The notes beneath the pieces were generated by a model. It saw only the letters and a program-made list of their open reading frames with translations. It did not search any database and had not been told where the DNA came from. DNA of 63,216 bases, counting the filler. It is 9 parts of 9 records of this genome, joined end to end, with 100 filler letters (N's around TTAATTAATTAA, not from the genome) between each part and the next. Parts side by side here need not be neighbours in the genome. Positions count along the whole stretch, not along the records: positions 45,631 to 56,823 come from SRR31147125_67233; positions 56,924 to 63,216 come from SRR31147125_67270; 7 more parts are not named here. One strand, given 5' to 3'. The position numbers and the translations under genes were made by a program. Positions 52,687 to 63,216 of the stretch are shown here, in pieces (positions within the stretch are counted from its first letter, which is position 1; every line of letters starts with the position of its first letter).

Positions 52687-53766
52687 ATGTCAATCCATCC
52701 CCTCACTCAATATAACAAAGTCCCCCTGGAAGTTGCCTATCGTAAATACAAACGGGGACAACGGTTGATCTGTATCCTGCTGTTTCCCTTGGTGATACTC
52801 TCGATGGGCTACAGTCTTTCGGTGGGCTCGGCAGATATCTCTTTCCACGACATCTGGCAGGTTCTATGGCCGACACTCAGTGGAAAAACAGCCGCGGTTA
52901 ACGGCAGCACCGATATTATCATACGAAATTTCCGCCTTCCCCGCATCGCAATGGGATGCTTGACCGGTGTGGCTCTGGGCGCTTCCGGAGCTGTCATGCA
53001 GGTGGTGTTGCGCAATCCCCTTGCCGACCCGTATATTTGCGGAATTTCAGCCGCCGCCGGATTTGGTGCCTCCCTGGCCATCATTACAGGGGTCGGCGTG
53101 ATGACCGGGCCCTATCTTGTCATCGGCAACGCCTTTTTATTTTCCCTGCTGTCGGCCGGTATCATTTTAATGATTTCCGGCAGAAAAGGGGCCGCTCCCC
53201 AGACAATGGTCCTGACCGGAATCGCACTGCTCTTCTTTTTTCAGGCAATGACCACCATCCTTCAATATTTCGGTGACTCGGACGCGGTCAAAGCCGCAGT
53301 CTTCTGGACCATCGGCGATCTGGGAAAAGCAAACTGGCCCAAGATCACCATTGTCGCCCCCTTTGTATTTATCGGTACCGCTTTTCTCTGCCGGCAATCC
53401 CGGGATCTGAATCTCATCAATGCCGGGGATGAAACAGCCACCAGCCTGGGCATCAATGTGGGCCGGGTCCGTATTCTCTCCATGATCGTCTCCACGATCA
53501 TGGTGGCCGGCATCGTGAGTTTTACAGGCACCATCGGATTCATCGGCCTGATCGCCCCGCACATGGTGAGATTTCTTGCGGGCAATGACAATACCATCCT
53601 GGTACCGGCATCCGGCTTCCTCGGCGCCATATTGCTGATTGTCTCCGACACCATCGCCCGAACCATCCTGTCGCCGATCATTTTACCGGTGGGGACGGTG
53701 ACGGCCTTTCTCGGCGTGCCGCTGTTCATCTATCTCATCGTTTTCAGAAGCGAGACCCTGCAATGA
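52687..53766 (+). CDS. FecCD/BtuC family ABC permease
   Basis: RLPRI, MQVVLRNPLADPYICGISAAAGFGA, GTIGFIGLIAPH. Confidence 0.92.
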   Translation: MSIHPLTQYNKVPLEVAYRKYKRGQRLICILLFPLVILSMGYSLSVGSADISFHDIWQVLWPTLSGKTAAVNGSTDIIIRNFRLPRIAMGCLTGVALGASGAVMQVVLRNPLADPYICGISAAAGFGASLAIITGVGVMTGPYLVIGNAFLFSLLSAGIILMISGRKGAAPQTMVLTGIALLFFFQAMTTILQYFGDSDAVKAAVFWTIGDLGKANWPKITIVAPFVFIGTAFLCRQSRDLNLINAGDETATSLGINVGRVRILSMIVSTIMVAGIVSFTGTIGFIGLIAPHMVRFLAGNDNTILVPASGFLGAILLIVSDTIARTILSPIILPVGTVTAFLGVPLFIYLIVFRSETLQ

Positions 53767-54536
53767 GAATCGATATCGAAAACATCTCATTTTCCTATGC
53801 CGACAAACCGGTTCTCCAGGATATCAGCTTTCATGTTTCCCATGGGGAAATCGCCTGTATCGTGGGCCCCAACGGCAGTGGTAAAAGTACCTTGGTCAAA
53901 TGCATTGAATCCCTGCTCAAGATTCAGTCGGGCCGGATTCTTCTTGACGGTGTCGATTCCAGAGGGTTCAACCCCATGGAGATTGCAAAGCGCATCGGGT
54001 ATATGTCGCAAACGGCTACCCTCTGCTTTTCCACAACGGTGTTTGAAACCGTGCTCATGGGAAGACGACCATACAGCTCTTGGCACAGCGGCAAAAAGGA
54101 TGTTGAGATAGTGATCGACATCCTGGAGCGGATGGACCTGGAACCCTATGCTATGCAAAGTGTCAATTGCCTGTCCGGTGGACAACGCCAACGGGTATTT
54201 ATCGCCAGAGCCCTGGCCCAGGAACCGAAAACGCTTCTTTTGGATGAACCGACATCCGCCCTGGACATCGCCCACCAGATGGACGCCATGGATACCCTTT
54301 GCGAACTGGCTCGAACCCAGAGGATCTCGATCATCATGATTCTCCATGATCTCAATCTGGCTGCAAGATATGCGGACCGGATTGTAATGCTGTTCCAGGG
54401 CAAGGTCCATGCCCAGGGAGCGCCTGAACATGTCTTTACGCCGCAGAACATGGAAACGGTCTATGGCGTCAAGGCCTCTATTCAAAAAGAGAATGGGATT
54501 GTGTCCATTTTACCTGTTGAACGCTGCCGGGCTTGA
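53763..54536 (+). CDS. FecE/BtuD family ABC ATPase
   Basis: GPNGSGKS, LSGGQRQR, LDEPTSALD, LHDLNLA. Confidence 0.93.
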   Translation: MRIDIENISFSYADKPVLQDISFHVSHGEIACIVGPNGSGKSTLVKCIESLLKIQSGRILLDGVDSRGFNPMEIAKRIGYMSQTATLCFSTTVFETVLMGRRPYSSWHSGKKDVEIVIDILERMDLEPYAMQSVNCLSGGQRQRVFIARALAQEPKTLLLDEPTSALDIAHQMDAMDTLCELARTQRISIIMILHDLNLAARYADRIVMLFQGKVHAQGAPEHVFTPQNMETVYGVKASIQKENGIVSILPVERCRA

Positions 54537-54736
54537 GAGTTGCAGCAAAGATCGATCGGCACCGCAAACCATCATTCGTTCACAACTAAAACATCAACAT
54601 CAACAAAAAATTGGTATATGAAATTTTCAATATAATTTGTCTATATGACCCATGTCAGACCACTTGACACAACAAAATATGAAAATCCGAGCAGCTGTAA
54701 AAGCAGGGATTTTCATACAATCAAAAGGGGAAGAAC

Positions 54737-56770
54737 ATGCATGACGCAACTCCGAGGAAAAAAATCGGACGCAATTACCCGCCCATCTCTTTCGTTGCAC
54801 TTACCATGGCAGTAACGGCGATTTTCTTCAACCTGCCTGTCTGGGCGGAAGATGAGAAAACAGTCCAACCCAATATTCATCTTGGAGAGATAACAGTCAC
54901 CGCCACCAAAATGTCCACCGAAGTGGATAAAATACCGACCAATCTCACCGTCATCTCCCGTGAAGAGATTGATAAGTATCCAGGTCATTACAACGCCCTC
55001 ACCGTGCTGCAGGAGGCAAATGTACCGGGGTTGTATTTTCCCAACAACACCAGTGGCTCTGGAAATGGCGATATTGCAATGAGCAGCAGGGGCAGTGAAG
55101 TGTCGCATTGGGGAGTGAAGGTGATGATCAACGGCGTAGAGTTTAACCGGGGAAACGGCTACGTAAAAGCCGGTCGCCTGGCGGTGCATGATATCGAACG
55201 GATCGAGATCACCAAGACGCCGTCCGCCGAGTACGGGGATCAGGCCATCGGCGGCGTGATCAATATCATCACCCGAACGGCAAAGGCCCCCTTAGAAGCC
55301 AAAGCCGGAATCGCCTTGACCAGTCTGGGAGGCGGCAATGGCTACGGCGTGATCAATGGGGTTTATGAAAAATGGGACTACTACCTCGATGCATCCGCAG
55401 TACGCGAGGATGCCTATCAGGATGACGGCTATCTGGACAGTAATAACCTGTATACCATGGTAAGCTATGCACTCAACGACGATGCGCAATTGGCATTCCA
55501 CGGCTCATACAAGGATTCAAGGGGGAATTACACCACTGGGCTGACCAGAGAGCAGTTCGATGAAGACCCGTCCCAAAATCCCAATACCGGAGCTGATCTG
55601 TACTACGAAACCGAAGAGAGCCTGGGTGCCCTGGTATATAGGCAGCAACTGGGGCAACATGAGTTGATGGGGAAAATGGAGCTGCAAGCGTCAAATTTTC
55701 AATTGTTCTGGGGGGGCTACACAGACACGGATGCGTGGCAAGTACATCCGGAATTGAACATAACCCTTAACCATGACATGGGCAATATGGCCAACAAGTT
55801 GGTGGTTGGCGGAGAATATCGCTACCACGACATCAAGGTAAAAAGATACAACGCATCCAGTTTTTTTGATGTCGGGGAGATCAGCCAGGACTTTTCCCGG
55901 GAAGATATCAGTTATGCGGTCTATCTGCAGGATGAGTTGCGGATCACCGATGCACTCACCATCACCGGCGGTATTCGCTACGACTATTTTGATTTGGAGC
56001 AATTCGCCCATCTTGCAGGCAGCAATGCCTGGGCCCAGGATAAAGGTGACTTCAGCCCCAAAATCGGTTTTACCTGGCAACTTTGCGATGAAGTCAACCT
56101 GTTTGCGGGATTTAACAGCGGTATCAAAAGTCCGGTGAGACTGGGGCAATGGTGGACAAATGGTGAACTGGATCCGGAAAAGCTCCGTGCCTACGAAGTG
56201 GGGCTGCGCGGTCATCTCTCCAACTGGCTGAATTACAACATGGCCCTTTTTCAACAAAACGTAACCGATAAGTTTGTCAAACCCAACGCAGATTGGAATT
56301 CAGAATATGAAAACGCCGGAGAAACCCGTTCAAAAGGTGTGGAACTGGGAGTCAATGCCGTCTTTCCCCATGGGTTTTACGCCACCACCAGTTTTACCTA
56401 CCAACAATCCGAGTTTGAAGAATTCGTCAGTCAAGGTGTCGATTATTCCGGAAATAAATTGACCGGTGTGCCGGATCTGATTGTTGCTTTCAAACTGGGC
56501 TGGGTTCACGAAATGTTGGGCGATATCTCTCTCAATCCCGTGTATACCGGAAAGCGCTATTTCAACTATGCAAACAGCAATGAAGATGATGGATTCTGGG
56601 TGCTGAACGCCCGATATGCAAAAAAGTTCGGCCGGGTTGAGTTCCATCTTGCGGCACGCAACCTGTTTGATGAAAGTGCCGTCGGCAGCGGCAGCGGCAA
56701 TCCCGGCAATGAAACGCTCTATCCCATAGCGGGATTCAATGCGATGATGGGTTTGAGCGTCACATTTTAA
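54737..56770 (+). CDS. Second TonB-dependent receptor
   Basis: Signal peptide, ITVTATK, IERIEI...YGDQAIGGVINIIT, C-terminal Phe. Confidence 0.92.
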   Translation: MHDATPRKKIGRNYPPISFVALTMAVTAIFFNLPVWAEDEKTVQPNIHLGEITVTATKMSTEVDKIPTNLTVISREEIDKYPGHYNALTVLQEANVPGLYFPNNTSGSGNGDIAMSSRGSEVSHWGVKVMINGVEFNRGNGYVKAGRLAVHDIERIEITKTPSAEYGDQAIGGVINIITRTAKAPLEAKAGIALTSLGGGNGYGVINGVYEKWDYYLDASAVREDAYQDDGYLDSNNLYTMVSYALNDDAQLAFHGSYKDSRGNYTTGLTREQFDEDPSQNPNTGADLYYETEESLGALVYRQQLGQHELMGKMELQASNFQLFWGGYTDTDAWQVHPELNITLNHDMGNMANKLVVGGEYRYHDIKVKRYNASSFFDVGEISQDFSREDISYAVYLQDELRITDALTITGGIRYDYFDLEQFAHLAGSNAWAQDKGDFSPKIGFTWQLCDEVNLFAGFNSGIKSPVRLGQWWTNGELDPEKLRAYEVGLRGHLSNWLNYNMALFQQNVTDKFVKPNADWNSEYENAGETRSKGVELGVNAVFPHGFYATTSFTYQQSEFEEFVSQGVDYSGNKLTGVPDLIVAFKLGWVHEMLGDISLNPVYTGKRYFNYANSNEDDGFWVLNARYAKKFGRVEFHLAARNLFDESAVGSGSGNPGNETLYPIAGFNAMMGLSVTF

Positions 56771-56971
56771 ACTGAACATTTTTGGAATCGGTCTTTAATA
56801 ACCTGCCCATTTACCTCACCCCCNNNNNNNNNNNNNNNNNNNNNNNNNNNNNNNNNNNNNNNNNNNNTTAATTAATTAANNNNNNNNNNNNNNNNNNNNN
56901 NNNNNNNNNNNNNNNNNNNNNNNCTGATTTTTTATGCATCGTTGGGGAAAATTTGCACAGGATACACAACA

Positions 56972-58066
56972 ATGAATACTCAAAACAATTCCGATACCAC
57001 CCCTCTCATCCCATTGGGATGGACCCCCTATTTTCAACAGCAATTGGATATCCTTTCCGTGCCAGGCCTTTGCCCTGCCAGGATAATCAATGTCAGTAAA
57101 AATAAATTTCAGACAAGCAACGGCAGGCAGAAAGACTTGGCCACCCCGGCCGGGAAACTCTGCCATGACAATGGCTCCCTTTACCCGGTCATAGGCGATT
57201 GGGTGCTCATGAAAGATGCCGTAATTACAAGGGTGCTGGAACGAAAAAATGCCTTATCCAGAGGGGCGTCAGGGACCCGTAACCGCCAGGATGGCCAGCC
57301 CAGAAAGGCCCAGATCATTGCGGCGAACATTGATACGGTATTTATTGTCTCCGGCCTGGACCGGGACTTTAATCTCCGACGCATTGAACGATATCTGACT
57401 CTGATTTACAACTGCGGCCTGAATCCGGTGGTCGTCCTGACCAAGGCTGATCTCCATCCTGACCCCGGCCTCTTTATTGAAGAAGTCGAGCCCCTGGCCT
57501 TTGGCGTCCCCATCCACCCGGTGGCGGCAGGAAACGACCAGAGTCTGGCCGCCCTGATCCCCTATCTGACAGCGGGAAAGACCATTACCATGGTCGGTTC
57601 TTCCGGGGCCGGCAAATCCACCCTGGTAAACCGACTTTACGGCAGCCAGGTCCAGCAAACCTGTCCGGTCAGCGCCCAAGGGGGCAAAGGCGTGCACACC
57701 ACCACCTCCCGGGACCTGATTACCATGCCCCAGGGGGGGATGGTCATTGATAATCCCGGTATTCGGGAAATCGGCTTCTGGGAAACAACAACTGGTATGG
57801 CATCGGCTTTTCCTGACATCGAAAATATGGGACAGGATTGCCGGTTTACCGACTGCAGCCATTCCCATGAGCCCGGATGCCGGGTTCTAAGGGCGGTTGA
57901 ACAAGGCCAATTGTCAGAGAACCGGCTGGAAAATTACCGAAAAATGAAGCGGGAACTGACCTACCTTTCCCAGCGCCGGGACAAAAGTGCAGACCGGTTG
58001 GAAAAGGAACGCTGGAAAGGGGTTGCCATGAAAATCAAGGCCTTGAAAAAGAAAAACCCCGGATAA
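56972..58066 (+). CDS. rsgA: Ribosome small subunit-dependent GTPase A
   Basis: TKAD, GSSGAGKST, HTTT, DNPG, CRFTDCSHSHEPGC zinc finger. Confidence 0.92.
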   Translation: MNTQNNSDTTPLIPLGWTPYFQQQLDILSVPGLCPARIINVSKNKFQTSNGRQKDLATPAGKLCHDNGSLYPVIGDWVLMKDAVITRVLERKNALSRGASGTRNRQDGQPRKAQIIAANIDTVFIVSGLDRDFNLRRIERYLTLIYNCGLNPVVVLTKADLHPDPGLFIEEVEPLAFGVPIHPVAAGNDQSLAALIPYLTAGKTITMVGSSGAGKSTLVNRLYGSQVQQTCPVSAQGGKGVHTTTSRDLITMPQGGMVIDNPGIREIGFWETTTGMASAFPDIENMGQDCRFTDCSHSHEPGCRVLRAVEQGQLSENRLENYRKMKRELTYLSQRRDKSADRLEKERWKGVAMKIKALKKKNPG

Positions 58067-58118
58067 TCTAAAAAGACCGGACCCATGACCTGCCCGGAGC
58101 AGATGCCCCGGGCGGGTC

Positions 58119-58883
58119 CTATTCATACCGGGAATAAATCGCGTCAAAGGTGCCGTCAGCATCCAGGCTCTTCCATGCATCTTGCAGACGCTGAACATAT
58201 TGGGGGGAACTGCCTTTGCCAAAAGCCATATACGCCTTTTTCCGGGTCAGGGGGCAGACCTCCTGAACCTGATCAAGAGAAAACCGGATCCCTTTGATGG
58301 GTGTCTGGGCCAGTTGCCTGATTTCATAGGCCACAACCAGGGGGTTGTCAGCCACCAGGTCAATGCGTCCCCGGAACAAAAGTTCAACGCTTTTCCGGTT
58401 GGAAAAGGCGTTGTGCAAGTGCTGGTTATCCCTAAATCCCTTGGAGGTTAGAAACCGATGCATGGCCGCCCCCTTGAGCACCCCTATGGCGTATTTTTTG
58501 GCATCGTCCAGATCATTGATGACGATGGCCTTGTTTTTCCTGAGCTTGAACAGGGAAAGCTTGGCATCAAACAGGGGGCAAACCCATATGAAATCCTGCT
58601 CTCTTTGGGGAATTCGCATCAAAGGATAGATTAAAATATTTTTCTGGGTTTTGGCGGTGAGAATGGCCCTGTTCCAGGAGCGAATTTTTGGGGAAGCATC
58701 CAGGCCTGACCGCTTGAATACGGCCTGTACAATTTCGGTACTCATCCCTGCGGCCTTTCCATCTTTTTCGTAGACATAGGGAATCCAGGTGGTCGTCAGC
58801 ACCTGGATCTCTTGTGCCTGGGCCGGCAGGAATGATCCGAGCAGGACAATGAGACCCCAGAAAATCCCGGAGAAACGTATCAT
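58119..58883 (-). CDS. Periplasmic substrate-binding protein (family 3-like)
   Basis: Signal peptide, WIPYVY, WNRA, LFRGRIDL. Confidence 0.8.
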   Translation of the reverse strand: MIRFSGIFWGLIVLLGSFLPAQAQEIQVLTTTWIPYVYEKDGKAAGMSTEIVQAVFKRSGLDASPKIRSWNRAILTAKTQKNILIYPLMRIPQREQDFIWVCPLFDAKLSLFKLRKNKAIVINDLDDAKKYAIGVLKGAAMHRFLTSKGFRDNQHLHNAFSNRKSVELLFRGRIDLVADNPLVVAYEIRQLAQTPIKGIRFSLDQVQEVCPLTRKKAYMAFGKGSSPQYVQRLQDAWKSLDADGTFDAIYSRYE

Positions 58884-59034
58884 GAAATACTCCTGATTTT
58901 TGGCTCAACTCTCCAGCTCCGACTATATCCGGATTTTATTATAAAGAGTCTGTGCCACTGATTGTGTATTATGAATTAGACATTTAAATTACACAAAGCC
59001 AATGGAAAAATCAATGATTTGGCAGAGGGAAAAT

Positions 59035-60426
59035 TTATTGTTTACGTTTTTTCCACCGGTACCGAAAGGTATGGTGGTTCATTTTCAGCAGACGGGCGGC
59101 CTGACTTTCGTTTCCATTGCACTGCGCCACAGCCAGGGCCATGTACTTGCGCTCAATGTCGGCCAAAATATCGTCCAGGTGAACCCCCTCCCCGGGCAGT
59201 TGCACCTGGGCCTCTTCCAGAACAGCGGGAGCCGGAGCAGAGCGGGAAATCCCCTTCCCTGTTCCCAGGCCAAGATCTGCTGCGTCTAAAAAATCCGAGG
59301 TTGACACCAATGCGGCCCGCTCCACGATGTTTTTAAGTTCCCGGACATTTCCGGAAAAATCATGGGAGAGCAGTTGATCCCGGGCCTGATCAGAAAAGCC
59401 TTTCAGGGATTTGTCAAACTTGATGCTGAACTCATGGAGAAAATGCTTGGCCAGGGGAATGATATCCTCGGGACGCTGGTTCAGGGACGGGATCTCGGCC
59501 TTGACCACACAAAGGCGGAAAAAAAGGTCTTTTCTAAATATTTCATTTTCCACCAATTCCTCGATGTTTTTATTGGTGGCTGAAACCACCCTGGTGTTTA
59601 CCACCTGTTTTCTGGTGCTTCCCACCCTGTAGAATTCACCGTTTTCCAGGAATCTGAGCAGCTTGGCCTGGCCTGCCGGGCTTAAATCCGCCACCTCATC
59701 TAAAAATAAGGTTCCCTTGTCCGCCTCGTGGATAAAGCCCTTTTTCCCCTGGGGCCGGGCACCGGAAAAAGCACCGGGCTCATACCCGAAAAGCTCGGAT
59801 TCAATGAGTTCTTCGGGAAAGGCAGAGCAATTCACAGCCACAAAAGGGCCCCGGAACACAGGGCTTCGGGCATGAATGGCCTTGGCCATCAATTCTTTGC
59901 CCGTGCCGGTCTCCCCTAAAATCATAATGGGGGTGTCCGGGCTCTTGGCCACCATGTCAATGAAATCCATTATATCGTCGATCTTTTTTGAGGCCCCGAT
60001 AAAACAGGGCTCGTTTTCCCGCAGATATTTCTCCTGGAGCACCTGAACCTCTTTGACCAGGGCAATGGAGGACAGGGCTTTTTCAATGTTTAACTCAAGG
60101 AGATCCGGATTAATGGGTTTGAGAATAAAGTCATAGGCCCCGGATTTCATGGAATCAATAACCATGGAAATCTCCCCGTAAGCGGTGACCATGATCACCG
60201 GAACCTGGGGATGATGTTTTTTAAAGAGCCCCAGGGCCTCAATTCCGGACATGGCCGGAAGGCCGATATCCATTAACACCAGATCCGGGACTTCTTCTTC
60301 CAAAGCGGCCAAAAAGCCTTCGGCATCCTTGAAAAGCCGAATGGTATAGGTTGGGGAAAGCACCATATCCAGGGCGTCCCGGATGCTTTTTTCATCATCC
60401 ACAATGGCAATGGTATATTGGATCAT
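59035..60426 (-). CDS. Sigma54-dependent response regulator (NtrC family)
   Basis: Receiver VDDE...MDIGLP, GETGTGKE, GAFSGA, FLDEV, C-terminal Fis-type HTH. Confidence 0.94.
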   Translation of the reverse strand: MIQYTIAIVDDEKSIRDALDMVLSPTYTIRLFKDAEGFLAALEEEVPDLVLMDIGLPAMSGIEALGLFKKHHPQVPVIMVTAYGEISMVIDSMKSGAYDFILKPINPDLLELNIEKALSSIALVKEVQVLQEKYLRENEPCFIGASKKIDDIMDFIDMVAKSPDTPIMILGETGTGKELMAKAIHARSPVFRGPFVAVNCSAFPEELIESELFGYEPGAFSGARPQGKKGFIHEADKGTLFLDEVADLSPAGQAKLLRFLENGEFYRVGSTRKQVVNTRVVSATNKNIEELVENEIFRKDLFFRLCVVKAEIPSLNQRPEDIIPLAKHFLHEFSIKFDKSLKGFSDQARDQLLSHDFSGNVRELKNIVERAALVSTSDFLDAADLGLGTGKGISRSAPAPAVLEEAQVQLPGEGVHLDDILADIERKYMALAVAQCNGNESQAARLLKMNHHTFRYRWKKRKQ

Positions 60427-62032
60427 CAGGGTGTCCTGTCAGGGGAAGTCAGTGGAAGTTCAATGAGGAACTGGGCCCCTTTGCCTATGCCATCGCTGAA
60501 TTTCAAGGCCCCGCCATGATCCCGGATGATGCGGTGGCAGATGGCAAGGCCAATGCCGCTGGAGTTGGCCTTGGTGGTATAAAAGGGATCAAAAATTCGA
60601 TCCTGGTGGGCCTTTGGAATACCAGGCCCTGTATCAATGACCCAGATTCGAATCACATCCCCGGCCGGATTGAGTCCCGTGGTCAGGGTGATCTTTTTCT
60701 CCCCTTCCCAGGCTTTCATAGCCTCTGCGGCATTGGTCACAAGATTCAGGATGACCTGCTCGATGAGGTGGGGTTCAGCCCAGCATTCAGGGAGGGCGGG
60801 ATCCAATTGCTTTTCCAGAATAATTCTGGATTTTCTCAAGGTCACGGCAGTCAGCTTTGTCACCTCGTCAATATATCGGTTGAGATCGGCCATGACAAAC
60901 CGGGGCCGTCCGGCCTTTGAAAAATCCATAACCCTCTGGATAATGGATTCGATTTTGTTGGAGGCCTGCTCTATCTTGTCGATGATGGATATGACCCTTG
61001 TCACATCCCCGTCATAGGTCTGTTTCATCGCCTTAAGATAGATATATATGCCTGAAAGGGGATTTCGAATCTCATGGGCAATTCCGGCGGTGATCCGGCC
61101 CAGGGAGGTCATCTTATCCTGGATACGCAATACCGTCTCCACCTCCCTGGAATCGGTGATATCCATAATATTGACCACCACGGAGGCCTCACCCCGAAAA
61201 GGGAGGTGTCTGGCCGAAAGATAGGCCCAGCGCAGGCCCTGGCCACCGCCTGCTTCCGAGGCTTCCTCGGGATAAGGATAATATTGAAAATCCATCTGAA
61301 GCTTTGGGGTCCGGCCCGCCACAAAGGCGTCATAGGCCTTGCAGATCCGTTCCCGGTCTCCCTCGAACACGGCTGAAAACTTAGGGGGATCAAAAAGGAT
61401 GGGCTGGCAGATCTGCTCCAGGCCTTTATTTTCATAAATAATCCTGTGGTCACGGAGAATAGCGGTATAGGTCAGGGCGTTGTCCATACAAGGGTGAATC
61501 AATTTTTCTTGCGAATCCATTCGCCCAAGGCCCAGGGCAATATCATCGGCCATGCCCTGAATAATCTGCCGTTCTTCAGGGTCTATGGCCCAGCCTTTTT
61601 GGGGGGACAAGACCATAAGACCGTAGCAGCAAGTTTCCCGGGACAGGGTCACGGCAATGGCCTCTCCGTTTCTGGCCTTTTCCGCCAGGACACATCCGGT
61701 GCAGATTTGAGCCGGATAATCCGGCACAGGCCCTCCCCGTTTTTGGGTACCGCCTGAATGCAGCGAGGAAGACGGCTGTTTTCCAGGCACTCTCCCATGG
61801 CGCCCTGCCCCTGACCGCTATCGGAGACGGTCATGGGATTGAGTTTGCCCTCCCTGTCAAAGAGACCGATCCAGACATGATCATACCCCGGCGCTGCCAC
61901 AAGGACATCGCAAATTTCCTGTGTCAGACGCTGGGGTGTATCTTCTTTAATCAGCAATCGGCTGACCTTCCGATTGGCTTCAAAGACCAGATTCAGTCGC
62001 TTAAGTTTTTCAATTTCCAGCCGGTTTTCCAC
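60426..62032 (-). CDS. GAF/PAS sensor histidine kinase; frameshift near 61740
   Basis: N-terminal GAF-like segment, AHEIRNPL, NLVTNA, DTGPGI, GIGLAI. Confidence 0.88.
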
Positions 62033-62152
62033 AGACTCCCCGCACGGTCGGTTAAAGGTCCAATTGTCTCCCCCTGGGTATCAGGGGGTAAGATAAATTC
62101 CGTTCAGTTAATTTGCAAGTGAGTATTTTACACCCCGGCCTTAAAGCCAATA

Positions 62153-63216
62153 TTAAATGGGAAAAGCAGTCTTGGGCAGACACATTGTAAATGTCGTGCC
62201 CCTGTCCAGTTGGGATGCCACCTCAATGGTGCCGTTGTGGGCCTCCACAATGCGTTTGACAATGGCAAGACCCAAACCGGTCCCATTGATAAACCGGGTC
62301 TTTTCATTTTTCACCCGAAAAATCTGTCCCAGATCTGTTCCAGGGCCTCTGGGGGAATACCAAACCCGGTATCGGCCACGTGGAGGCGGACCTGGTCCTC
62401 CTGTTCATCGGCCCAGACCGCCACGGTTCCCTGTTCCGGAGTGTAGCGGATGGCATTGGAAATAAGGTTGGCCAGCACTTCTTCCATATTATTGCGGTTT
62501 GCCATCACCGTCAGGCTCTCGGCCATTTGCCGGACACTGAGGCTGACTTTTGCCTCCCTGGCCCGGGCAGTGTACAGGTCCACATGCTCCCGGATCAGCC
62601 GGGCCAGGTCCAGGGATTCCCGGTCCTGGTTGATCAGGCCGGACTCAATCTTAGACAGGTCCAGCAATTCTGCGGCCAGCTCCGTGAGCGAGGTGATTTT
62701 AAGGGAGCTGCGCTCCAGAATATCCCGCTGCTTATCCGTAAGGTCCCCGGCCAGTCCGTCCAAAAGCACGTTAATCTGCATCAGTACAGAGTTTAGAGGG
62801 CTTTTGATTTCATGGGCCACCATTGAGACAAAGTCAGACTTGATCTGGTCTTCCATTTTCAGGGCGGTAATGTCATGGAAAACCGTTACCGTTCCAAGGT
62901 TTCGGTTCAGTCGATCCCTAAAGGGGATGCACCGCATGCCGATAATCAGATCTGCCTGTTCTTTATCCCCGGGAATTGTGATCTCCTCGGTAATCTCGGC
63001 AAAGGTGTCTTCAGGCTGATTCAAGGCAGTTTCAATCATTGCAAGGATGGAAGGTTCCTTGATTACCTCGTCAATTTTTTTGCCGATGACCTGCCTGAAG
63101 GGACTGCCGATCATGCGTAAAAAGGCGGGGTTTGCCAGGGCAATACGCCGCTGATGGTTGGTGGTCAGCACCCCGTCCCTAAGGGTATTGATCATCACCC
63201 GCATCCTGGATTTTTC
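62153..63216 (-). CDS. PAS sensor histidine kinase, N-terminus outside the window; frameshift near 62315-62320
   Basis: AHEIKSPL, NLISNAIRY, DTGFGI; shifted frame continues RVKNEKTRFINGTGLGLAIVK...TAFPI*. Confidence 0.88.

Noticed and set aside
52201-53766. 521-aa SBP-permease fusion in the ORF track
   Set aside because: Created by frameshifts in SBP2. The SBP ends at 52672 and the permease starts at 52687.
1-63216. CRISPR arrays, tRNA/rRNA genes, intact transposases or integrases
   Set aside because: None recognised on reading the sequence; a formal scan was not possible.

Overview
This window is not one locus. It is nine contig fragments joined by 100-nt N/TTAATTAATTAA linkers, probably from several organisms: mostly Desulfobacterales-like DNA, plus a low-GC sugar-PTS fragment, an AT-rich xylA fragment and a sugar-ABC/SDR fragment. 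Many genes are broken by single-base deletions in homopolymer runs, which I read as sequencing error. Fragments: (1) 1-6242: FadN-like beta-oxidation gene with FadR/YsiA-type boxes, MBL hydrolase, DUF1848, dusB, a lipoprotein, queF and half a cobalamin riboswitch. (2) 6343-12447: BglG/RAT-controlled PTS with a GH4. (3) 12548-19048: amidase, small membrane protein, free pro-domain-like protein, trypsin-like protease, xylA, RDD, MCP. (4) 19149-27414: surface-glycan genes, beta-CASP MBL, comEA, DUF2760, Hsp70-like. (5) 27515-33230: a coupled operon of a UbiV-like and a UbiU-like U32 Fe-S protein, a peptide ABC exporter and a short cytoplasmic QhpE-like subtilase. (6) sugar ABC, TetR, SDRs. (7) EtfB, EtfA-XRE-cupin fusion, Nudix, PHP phosphatase, YcbK, a basic winged-helix protein, Csp. 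(8) cobalamin riboswitch, tandem AraC, TonB receptors and a metal-chelate ABC importer. (9) rsgA and a two-component/sigma54 system. The best candidate for a new system is fragment 5: a probable O2-independent peptide/quinone-cofactor maturation pathway in which a U32 pair may replace the O2-dependent QhpG monooxygenase. This is an inference from motifs and gene context and needs database checks.
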